Positions 16,087 through 27,000 of a stretch of 64,000 nucleotides of DNA are shown here, piece by piece. The notes beneath the pieces were generated by a model, which saw nothing but the letters and a program-made list of their open reading frames with translations, searched no databases and was not told the DNA's origin. A program made the position numbers and the translations under genes. The stretch's first letter is position 1, and each line of letters opens with the position of its first letter. Origin of the DNA: Eledone cirrhosa (Eukaryota); the NCBI GenBank assembly GCA_964016885.1, contig CAXHJY010001342.1:1-64000 (forward strand), in the 5' to 3' direction.

Positions 16087-18279
16087 ACAACAACAACAAC
16101 ACACAAAAATAACCAAAACAAACCAAACCACAAACACAGTCCCCCCCCTAAAACAACTCCAAAAACACCCAGAAGAACAACATCTCCCCAAAACGTACCC
16201 CTCCCCAATCACACAGACACCACAACTGACGAGGCCCCCTCATCATCACTCAGTGATGATGAGGGAGAACCGCTCCGCTCCAAAAGGAAAAAAAAACATA
16301 ACACGAACAAAAAGGCAACAAACACACAACCTCCAACACAAACAACACAAACATTACAAACAAAAATCCCCCCTCCTGAAAACAAAACGACAAAACTCCA
16401 AACACAAACACCTACAACAAAACGAAAACACACACAAGAATAACAGACAAAAACCAACACAACACAACAAGAACATTACACATACATAAACAGTGAAAAC
16501 AAAACTTTAATGGAGGTCATCTCCGAAGGGAAAACTTTTTCGAACTGTGTAGACAGACCCAATTTAAAGATGATTAGGGTCTCTACGGACACCTGTAAGT
16601 CTTTAAAGAAAAACTTTCCTAAGGACGTGGGTAATCCCTGCGTTAACCCCATTAACCGCGTCCTTTTAAAATGTTCCCCCCACCCGGACACCACCACCCC
16701 AGACACCCCCATCCCACCAGACACCCCCTCCCCACCAAACATCTCCGTCCCCACCCCACCAGAAACCACCACCTCACTAAACAACCCCTCAAACACCCCC
16801 ATGGAAATTGTGCAGCCTGGTCCCCAGGAGACGAAGAGGTGAGTGATTTCTTTTCCTCTTCTTTTAACTTTTCAGCACCAACATGGCCAATATAAGAGTT
16901 GGATGTGTAAATATACGCGGCCTGGGGATGCCCTGGAAACAGGGCAAACTCTTAAACGGCCTCAGGTCGCACAGTATGGATGTAGTAGCCATTTGCGAGT
17001 CCAGGATCCACAGCGAGCGACAGCTGGCCCCCATCTTCGACGACTTTGAGATCTACGCATCTCTCTGTCAGCCGGGAGGTGGGAGCGGGGTTGCCGTTTT
17101 GTTGCGGAAACACCTCGTAACACAGACGGTACATCTGGACCCGGAGGGTCGACTGGTAGTCCTAGACGTTGACGGTAGTGAAGGTGGAGCCTTCAGGCTG
17201 GTGGCCGCATATGCCCCATCCGGGACACGGCGGTCAGACTTCTTCAAACGTCTAGAGACTTTTCTGGGAACGTCCCGCTCCCTGCTGTTAATGGGTGACT
17301 GGAATGGAATCCTAGATGCACGTTGGGACTATGTGGGAGCATGTCCCCATAGAGGGGGGTATAAAAGCCTCAAACAGTTAATCAGCCGATTTCAACTGGC
17401 CGATAGATATCGACTAGATTTTCCAACTGTACCACTGTGGACGTGGACCAACCACAGCGGAACATCTAGACCGTCCCTAGATAGGTTTCTAGTTAGAGTT
17501 AGTGATAGGGACATGTTAAGCTGTCCATAAATGTTCATGGTTGCCTATTCAGATCACAAACTAGTGACCTGCTTAGTCAACCTTGACAGAACCCATAGAC
17601 AGGGACCCGGCTACTGGAAGCTGAACTTGTCGTTACCGACATGCAAAGCCTACAGTAGACGGATTAGCATTTTAGTTAAGAAGCACTTGACGGGGGCCAT
17701 TGTCAACAACAGATGGTGGTACTCTCTCAAGAGGGCAGTTAGATTAGACTCGATAGGTTTTAGTAAAGAATTAGTGTTAGATAGAAATAAGACCGAAAAG
17801 GAACTGGTAGATAAAGTAGAAGAGGCACTTAGGAGTGGAAACGTAGCCAGCGTGCTAGCGACGAGAACGGCCTTGGACCAGTTCTTCGACGCAAAGCATG
17901 ATTCTTTTTTTCAAATACCACTTTGGAAGAAGAATCAGGATGGAGACAGAGGTGCTGTACCCCAGCAAGTTTTATGAAAGGTGGGTGAAAGTGGCGAGAA
18001 TGGCCCGAGTGAATGGTCCTTCTCTCTATATCAGCCTGTAGGTTGAGGAAAAAGAGGATGAGAGGAAAGGAGTACTCACTCTTCGTACTCCCGGAGATGA
18101 GAGTTGCACATATTTTTCGGGAGCATGTATTACCCATATGTAATGTCTCCCCCTATTGGGGAAAATCGATTAATTTTTAAATTGCATTTGTGATAGTATT
18201 TTACACGTTTTTATTGTATGTAAACTTCCCCCTTTGAATTTGTCCCCTTTTTTTGTGCTCCTGTGGCTAATAAAGAAAC
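16087..18279 (+). pseudogene. Internally deleted Tx1-family copy: ORF1 3' remnant, ORF2 endonuclease (16883 to ~17900), then ORF2 C-terminus and 3'UTR
   Basis: MANIRVGCVNIRGLG..GDWNGILD..SDHKLV..GPGYWKLN APE motifs; stop at 17528-17530; jump at ~17903 from FFDAKHD to the terminal RMARVNGPSLYISL. Confidence 0.92.
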
Positions 18280-18480
18280 ATATCTATCTATCTATCAGTC
18301 TACCTACCTACCTACCTACCTACCTACCTACCTACCTACCTACCTACCTACCTACCTACCTACCTACCTACCTACCTACCTACCTACCTCCTACCTACCT
18401 ACCTATCTACCTACCTACCTACCTACCTCCTACCTACCTACCTATCTACCTACCTACCTACCTACCTATCCATCCATCTA
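18280..18480. repeat. (TATC)n/(TACC)n tract at the 3' end of the Tx1 copy
   Basis: Direct reading. Confidence 0.9.
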
Positions 18481-19291
18481 TAGACATCTTTCTGCTGGTT
18501 TGTCTGTATGCATACGCCCACACTCATACACACATAGACGCACTCCCCCTCCCCCACATACATATGTAGTCTTTCTTTTATAGGTTTAAGTCAGTAGGAT
18601 ACTAAATACCTCTAAGGTGGCTTACCACCTTAAATGTATTTAGTGATGACGGCGTCCTGTATACTTATTTCTTTCGTACCTGTTACTTATTTTATCGACC
18701 ACTTTTCTTATATAAACTCAAACACAATCACACACAATCACACACACACACTCACACACATACATACACCCCCCACACACACATACACACCTTTACATAC
18801 ACCACACTGCTTCTTACCATGTATAGAATAAATAGTACCCTGATTTGTGGTCTCCCAAAATATAAGCAACAACTTGAACGCTTATAAGGACAATGAACTC
18901 AACGTCTTGTTCTTCAAGATAGAAGAATAACTACCCGAATATTTGTTGATAGAAGATAAACAAGCATTTTCATACTTAAGAGTAAACCAACAAAGCAAAT
19001 ACGGAAATAAGGAAAACGTTTCAAAATAAAAGCCTACATAATTAATAGATAAATCGTAACCAGCATCTTACACTTAAACGATATATCGGTTTTAAGTCTT
19101 ACTGACACCCCCCCCCTCTCCACACACACAAAAAGAAAAAAAGAGAAAAAATGCAAAAGCGAATAAAACACACTGCTTTAAGAAAGCACTAAAATACATT
19201 GGAGCCTGTATATCTGTATATAACAACACGTTTTATAACAAGATACTTAAAATTATTTCAGTTATAATGAATAACATTTTTATTACATTTA

Positions 19292-19292
<1 letters not shown>

Positions 19293-19342
<50 letters not shown>

Positions 19343-19404
19343 TATACATACATATATATATGTATATATATGTATATATACATATATTTATATATATGTA
19401 TATA

Positions 19405-19473
<69 letters not shown>

Positions 19474-19552
19474 GCATATATATATATATATGCATATATA
19501 TATATATATATGCATATATATATATATATGCATATATATGTATATATATATG

Positions 19553-19586
<34 letters not shown>

Positions 19587-19587
19587 T

Positions 19588-19619
<32 letters not shown>

Positions 19620-19764
19620 TTTATATATATATATGTATATATATATATATGCATATATATATATATATATATATCTGTATATATATGTATGTATATATAT
19701 TTGCAGGTATGTAAATATATATATATATATGTATGTATATATATATATATTTGTACGTATGTAA

Positions 19765-19807
<43 letters not shown>

Positions 19808-19873
19808 ATATATATATATAAATATATTATATATATATAATATATATAATATATATATATAAATATATTATAT

Positions 19874-19954
<81 letters not shown>

Positions 19955-19960
19955 TATAAT

Positions 19961-19992
<32 letters not shown>

Positions 19993-19994
19993 AT

Positions 19995-20070
<76 letters not shown>
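19293..20070. repeat. (TA)n microsatellite
   Basis: Direct reading. Confidence 0.93.
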
Positions 20071-20074
<4 letters not shown>

Positions 20075-20725
20075 ATATATTTGCTGGTATGTAAATAATT
20101 TGTTTTCGGTGTTTTATTTAGGTAAATTAAATATCGTTTTTCCGTATCTTCTCACTTTTAACAAGCTGTTGTTGATGTTATTGTTGTAATTTTAAATAAG
20201 CATATCTGCACTTGTTTTTAAAGAGGAGGTTAAAATAGTAAAGTATCATTTAACATATTTATTATAAATGTTTTAGCTTATGTTTTTATCATATATTGTA
20301 GTTATCGTATTTATTGTTGTTTGTGGAAATGATGCTGTTGTATTTATTGTTGTATTCCTGTTGTGCCTCATAGTTAAGTCGCTTTTATGCGCTAAATACA
20401 ACAAGCAGAAACAGAAACAACCAAAGACACGGTATCGTGCTGCAGATTGTAATTCACACTTTATCACCAGATAAATTAATGAAAATACAAATATATATTC
20501 TACCCTTCGCGCCCACATATATATGTTTACATGTACATACAATAACGCACAAAAATGCATGCATATACGCGCACACAAACAGACACAGATACACACACAA
20601 ACACACACACGCATATATATATATATTCGTGTGTGTATGTAATATATTCATATATGTACCTATTTATAAAAATGCGAGTATACACATAAAAATGTATGTG
20701 TGTGTGTGTGTGTAGGTGTGTGTGA

Positions 20726-20816
<91 letters not shown>

Positions 20817-21664
20817 AACTCTCTGCATTATAAATAATTAGATTGATTTCTGGTTTAAATTAATTCAAAGCAGCAAATAAAAATATAATAATAATAATAA
20901 TAATAATAAGAAGAAGAAGAAGAAGTAGAAGAAGTAGACGAAGAATAATAATAAGAAGTAGACGAAGAAGAAGAAGAAGAAAAAGAAGAAGAAAAAGAAG
21001 AAAAGAAAAAGAAAAAGACGAAGAAGAAAAGAAGAGGAAAAAGGAGAAGAAGAAAAAGAAGAAGAAAAAAAATAATAATAAACTACAACAATTACAACAA
21101 CAATAACAACAGTCATTATAAAAAAAAATCCCAGACAATGAGCAGAGTTGAGTTGTTTAAGTCAAAATTGAACAGAATCTTTAAAATAGTAAATATTTTA
21201 AACGAAAGATTACTACGATGTTCTTTGGTTGTTGTTATTCCGTGTTTGGACAACGTTTTCTTTTAGCAAATAACGAACTATACATTTTTGTAGTATTTTC
21301 TACAAAGATTGGAATGATATAGAAATAAATTGGCAAGATGTTTTAAAAATTCGGACGAGGTGGAAGTCAGTATATGAGAGAAGAAAGGGGAGTTAAATAG
21401 TTGATTTTATTACATTAGTAAGGTAAGGCACACACATGCATGCCAAACCAATTGTCCATTAGCCAAACACACGTGCATTCCTACACATGTACATGCGCCC
21501 CTGCAAACTCACATGCAGCCATATAAAGTTATTCAGATAAACATTCAAATTCAGTATATACATTTCAAGTTATATACGTATTATTTACACACATGGTGTT
21601 TGTTACACCACCATCAACAACATATATATATATAAAGAGAGAGAGAGAAAAAGAGAGAGAGAGA

Positions 21665-21771
21665 TAGGAAAAGAGGCAGGACCCCTACGTCTGAGCTCCG
21701 GCCGTTTCGACAGTTAGATCCGAACTAACGCAGCAGTATGGTCCACCTGGTGCCTTACCACACTTTCTTTG

Positions 21772-21773
<2 letters not shown>
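21665..21773 (-). repeat. Member of the TA-associated hairpin family (see 47871-48060)
   Basis: Minus strand AAAGTGTGGTAAGGCACCAGGTGGACCATA...GTCGAAACGGCCGGAGCTCAGACGTAGGGGTCCT. Confidence 0.65.
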
Positions 21774-21819
<46 letters not shown>

Positions 21820-22132
21820 CATATGCCGTTGAACCAATCAATCACCGCGAAAGAATTGTTCCACGGTGCAAGAGGGGCCAGATCCCGTTAAGGGTGAAAG
21901 CAGCGATTCTTTGCTTAAACTTTCATCTGTTATTTTAATATATATATATATTTATATATCCATATCATACATACATATACATATATATATATATATAGTA
22001 TAAAAAAACTGAGTCCAGATGCATCACTGATTTTTCGTTTTTTTATACTATTCACACTCTGCTCTGTATGAATATTGAGTGCTAATTTTGGCATACCGCC
22101 TATGGAAGCACCATAGCTACCATTATACACAC

Positions 22133-22246
<114 letters not shown>

Positions 22247-22289
22247 TTGCGAGGTTTTTTATATGAAATCGTGTGTCGAAACAAATATT

Positions 22290-23529
22290 GTTATACTTGG
22301 GGAGGGTCATATTTGTGTAATATTGCCAGAATTAATAACAGAACACACTCACTGTTTGGTTGGTTTTCGCTTCTCGCTTCTGTGTCTTTTATATCGGTAA
22401 TCTAACTTACTCGGTCCTCAATGTTGCCATTGAATGACCGACGGTCAAAAATAATACAGATACAATATAGACACAAACACATATATATAGTTTATCATAA
22501 ATCTTTCGTTGCACATCTGCAACATCGTCAGTGGTGCTATATTATCCTCCTGTTGTATTGTATGTCTACGCCATTTTTTTTTCTTCAGTCTGTCTATATA
22601 TTTATTTATTTATTTGCTTGTTTGTTTATTTTATTTTGTCTTCTTTGCGCATGCGTTTGCGTGCGTGTATAGTGTTTTGTTTGCTGTGTGATGGGTGACT
22701 AGTGTGTGTTTATGTGCTTGTTGTTATTGTGCTTATGTATGTATTTATTTATTTATTTATTTATTTATTTATTTTATTTTATTTTCTTATTTATACTTCT
22801 CTTAGGTCAGTGTTGTTTGTTTGGGTGTTGTTGTTATTCCATTCATTCTTTCTGTTTAGTCTTGGTCTTCTAATTTCTATTTCACTGGCCTCTCTGATTT
22901 GCCTATCTGCTGGGTCATTTCTATGTTTAGATATTATTATAATTTCTATGTTGTCTATGTTACCGTCATGTTGTTGTCTAGCATGTTCGTATAGTACTGA
23001 CCCGTTTTTTCGTCCTTTTAGTTCCCCCCAGTGTTGGTCTATCCTTTCACCTATGCTACGAGCTGTCTCACCTATGTAGGTTGTTGTCATGTTTCTGCAA
23101 GTACCCTCTGTACATCTTATGCTATAGACTACGTTTCTAGTTTTACAGTTTATCCGGGGGTTCACCTTACATATGATACATTTCCTATTGGTACAGTGGG
23201 TTTTCTTAAAAGGGTAGGTTTTGCTGATCAGGGATTTTATGGTGGTTCCTGGCTTTTCTACCACCTTTATTTTTAAGTGGGTCTTTCTCAGGGCCTTTCT
23301 ACACTGGTTAGCTAATTTCCCTCCAGGGGTAGCGTCCACAAACATGACACTCTGGTATCTCTGGTTGTCGTACCATGAGGTGGCTTTCCCTATCTTATGT
23401 CTAGCCCTATGTAAGCTATTCCATGATTTGCTCCTGTATAATGGGCAAATTCCTTTCATGTCCAGTTCTATGAGTGTGTTCTGTTATTAATTCTGGCAAT
23501 ATTACACAAATATGACCCCCCCCCAAGTA

Positions 23530-23533
<4 letters not shown>
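22290..23533 (-). mobile_element. 5'-truncated Penelope-like retroelement with inverted terminal duplication
   Basis: GIY-YIG ORF fragment; ~62 bp inverted repeat at 22290-22351 and 23471-23533; (TA)n on both sides. Confidence 0.85.
22791..23459 (-). CDS. C-terminal fragment of a Penelope-like polyprotein: Cys-rich linker plus GIY-YIG endonuclease
   Basis: CTNRKCIIC..NCKTRNVVYSIRC..C..YIGETARSIGERIDQH..RQIREASEI..PRLN, the PLE GIY-YIG signature (VVY..YIGET.R..ER..E..LN); RT absent. Confidence 0.88.
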   Translation of the reverse strand: MKGICPLYRSKSWNSLHRARHKIGKATSWYDNQRYQSVMFVDATPGGKLANQCRKALRKTHLKIKVVEKPGTTIKSLISKTYPFKKTHCTNRKCIICKVNPRINCKTRNVVYSIRCTEGTCRNMTTTYIGETARSIGERIDQHWGELKGRKNGSVLYEHARQQHDGNIDNIEIIIISKHRNDPADRQIREASEIEIRRPRLNRKNEWNNNNTQTNNTDLREV

Positions 23534-23562
<29 letters not shown>

Positions 23563-23564
<2 letters not shown>

Positions 23565-23691
23565 AAAAAAGATGAAATCGAAAATGCAACTGGAGTCTTT
23601 TTTTATAAAAATATATATTTATTTGGTTCCTTTACCGGTTTCGCAGTTCTGCTTTTCAAAAGTAGAATTGAGATGGAAGCTTGTGGGTTTT

Positions 23692-23695
<4 letters not shown>
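23563..23695 (-). repeat. Pseudo-LTR-like repeat with a variant hammerhead core (23630-23662)
   Basis: Same family as 25292-25640 and 48131-48340; minus strand CTT-TTGAAAA-GCAG-AA-CTGC-GAAACCGGTA-AAG, then AATAAA. Confidence 0.6.
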
Positions 23696-23751
<56 letters not shown>

Positions 23752-24544
23752 AATATATACATACACACACACATATATATGGAGAGAGAGAGAGAGGGAG
23801 AGAGAGAGAGAAGTCAAAATCTAGCTCATTTTCCATCTACCCTCCCATAAGTCATACAGACAAAAATCCCCACCGAAACAAAACTTCATGTAACACCATT
23901 ATGATGGATTGTATCCTCCTCCTCCTCACCACCATCATCATCACCACCACCACCACCACCATCATCATCAACAACAACGACATCAGTAGTAACATACATC
24001 CACATGTACAGAAAATAACACCCAACAATATATAACTATAATTCATGTAAAACCAGATGAAAGAATGGAATGTAAACACATTGGAAATAATGAAAAAAAA
24101 AATAAACGAAAAAAACGAAATAAATAAAGAATAAATAAAGAAATACAAAAAAAAAAAGATAAATAAATAGGATAATAAACTGGATGAAAATATATGTAAA
24201 AGAAAAACACATTTCATCAAAATACTGAATAGTTAGCCAATGGAACTATTTACTTCCAATATACTGAAAGCTACATTACAAATGGTTGAAGGAGATGATA
24301 TTTGAAAAGGGACAACATTTCTCATCTGCTTCAATCAGCAAAAAGCTACACATTATTTTCACGTGCATATTCATGCCATATTTGGTTTAGCAGCATAAAG
24401 CACTCAAGCCCAAATTATGACACAAAACCCATCCGAGCACGTTACTTTTCTAACCGAAAAAAAAAAATATCCTAGTGTTTCAAAATATCTTGTATACACA
24501 TGTATATTAGTGCAGGTAGAAGCATAGCAAAAGAACAACCAACG

Positions 24545-24690
24545 GGGAAACGCCTTCTCTATTCTATCTGTCGGGGCCGTGGCGAGGCCAGCGCGTGGGA
24601 CCCTATTTGTTCATAATAGTGAGAGCTGTGGAGGGTGTGAGAAACGAGGGTGATAAGAGTGGGAGTTCGGCTCCTCTGTGTTCGGACCTG
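24545..24690 (+). repeat. Dispersed ~150 bp repeat homologous to 39443-39590, possibly a diverged Tx1 3' end
   Basis: Shared GCCTTCTC.ATTCT..C.G.CGGGGC.GTGG.GAGGCCAGC.CGTGGGACCC..TTTG and AGTGGGAGTTCGGCTC..GTTCGGACC; weak likeness to the ORF2 terminus. Confidence 0.5.
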
Positions 24691-24992
24691 GTGTACATGT
24701 TCGGACCTGGTATACATGTGTCTGTATACATACTTGCCTATCTATCCATTCCTCCATCTATCCGTCTATCTATATACATCTTTTTGCTGATTTGTCTGTG
24801 TGCATACGTCCACACACGCACACACAAAGACGCACGCATCCCCCCCCACATACATATGTATGTGGACCTGGTGTACATATGTGTACACACACACACATAT
24901 ATGTATAGACTTTTATAAAATATGATCTAATGTCATACCTATCTTGTCCTCTCACTCTGTCAGTTTCATTATTATATCCCCCCCCTCGCTCT

Positions 24993-25058
<66 letters not shown>

Positions 25059-25291
25059 GTATATATTTAGCGCTGGGCGATTTGGAAATTTTGAAAATAG
25101 GAACCCGAACGCAGAAAAGAAAAAAATACCGAATCACTATAAATAAAAGCTAAAGCAGTCAGTGAGTTTTGTCTCTATAAGTGTATTTTACCTGATTTTC
25201 TGAGCTACTAATTGTAGCGATTGACTGTTGTTAGAATTATTTCTTGCGTTTGGGATACCTAAATTTTAACAAATATATATATATATATATA

Positions 25292-25634
25292 TTAGAAAGT
25301 GAGGTTTTTTTTACAAAATGAAAAATAACCGAGGTGTCCTACACGAGTGAAAGTATAAAGAAAAAGAGATGAAATCGAAAATGCAACTGGAGTCTTATTT
25401 TTAAAAAAAATATATATATTTATTTGGTTCCTTTACCGGTTTCGCAGTTCTTCTGCTTTTTAAAAGGTGAGTTGAGATGGAGGGTCTGTGGTTTTTCTTG
25501 AGAAAAACCACAGACCCTCCATCTCAACTCTACTTTTGAAAAGCAGAACTGCAAAACCGGTAAATGAACCAAATAAATATATATATTTAAAAAAAAAAAA
25601 GACTCCAGTTGCATTTTCGATTTCATCTCTTTTT

Positions 25635-25640
<6 letters not shown>
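25292..25640. mobile_element. Palindromic (fold-back) element, centre ~25499, flanked by (TA)n
   Basis: ~140 bp arms (25355-25498 and 25501-25640) are imperfect reverse complements; each has a hammerhead-like GCAG..CTGC(G/A)AAACCGGTA. Confidence 0.8.
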
Positions 25641-25683
<43 letters not shown>

Positions 25684-26181
25684 TACATATATATTTACCG
25701 ACACACGCGCACACCCAAACCCAGCCATACCTACACATACACATATATATAACCATAATACAATGGCAGCACAAATGCTCCTGTAAATCGTAATTGGCAC
25801 CACTAAAACAAGAGAATTATTGCTTTGCTAACCGAATCTTGCCTGTTAAAATGATTGTCAATAACATTATTGAACGATATCATCAGAGAAAGCGAGCCGT
25901 CACAGATTGTAGCGCAACGCTTCCCATCATAACACACACCTGCTGTTTTAAGTACACTTTGTTCATGCTGAGACCAAAGGTTGTTATTAATCGTAATGCT
26001 ATAAACTGAGTATTGAATAAAATTAATACATTACTACACATGTTCTGTTTTTGTTTGTTTTTAAAGGCGGACGTACTTTATTTTATCTGTTATGGTTTTG
26101 GTTTTTATTTCCAATATGTTATGAAGTAGAGGCTATATAGGCTGCTAGGTGCATAGAAAGATAGACAGATGTAATGTAAAT

Positions 26182-26184
<3 letters not shown>

Positions 26185-26233
<49 letters not shown>

Positions 26234-26298
26234 GTATATATATGCATATATATATATAGGGATATAAATGTGTGTGTATATATATATAGGGATATAAA

Positions 26299-26329
<31 letters not shown>

Positions 26330-26368
26330 TTATGTATATATATGCATATATATATATAGGGATATAAA

Positions 26369-26434
<66 letters not shown>

Positions 26435-26556
26435 TATGTATATATATGCATATATATATATAGGGATATAAATGTGTGTGTGTATATATATATATATGCA
26501 TATATATATATATATATATTTATGTATATATATGCATATATATATAGGGATATAAA

Positions 26557-26604
<48 letters not shown>

Positions 26605-26633
26605 CATGTATGTACGTATCTATGTATACATGC

Positions 26634-26664
<31 letters not shown>

Positions 26665-26665
26665 T
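26185..26665. repeat. TA-rich minisatellite, unit including TATGCATATA..TAGGGATATAAATGTGTGTG
   Basis: AGGGATATAAATGTGTG recurs 5 times. Confidence 0.85.
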
Positions 26666-26961
26666 ATCGATATATCTATACATATCTGTATGTATGTATC
26701 TATCTGTATATCACACAGGCACACGCTCAAAGACACACACACACACATACATATTTATAAAGGTACTGAGAGAGAGAGGGAGGGAGGGGTGTGTGTGTGT
26801 GGGGGGGGGGGGTTTAAGAGATGATAGACAAGGGATAGCGGAGATAGGGAGATAGGTGATAGGGAAAAAGAAAGACGTAGAAAAACAAGTAAAAACAGGC
26901 TCACAATTGAAGAGGAAAACTAATATACAAATAAAAAATAGTCTGAGCGAGAAAGTGTAAT

Positions 26962-27000
<39 letters not shown>

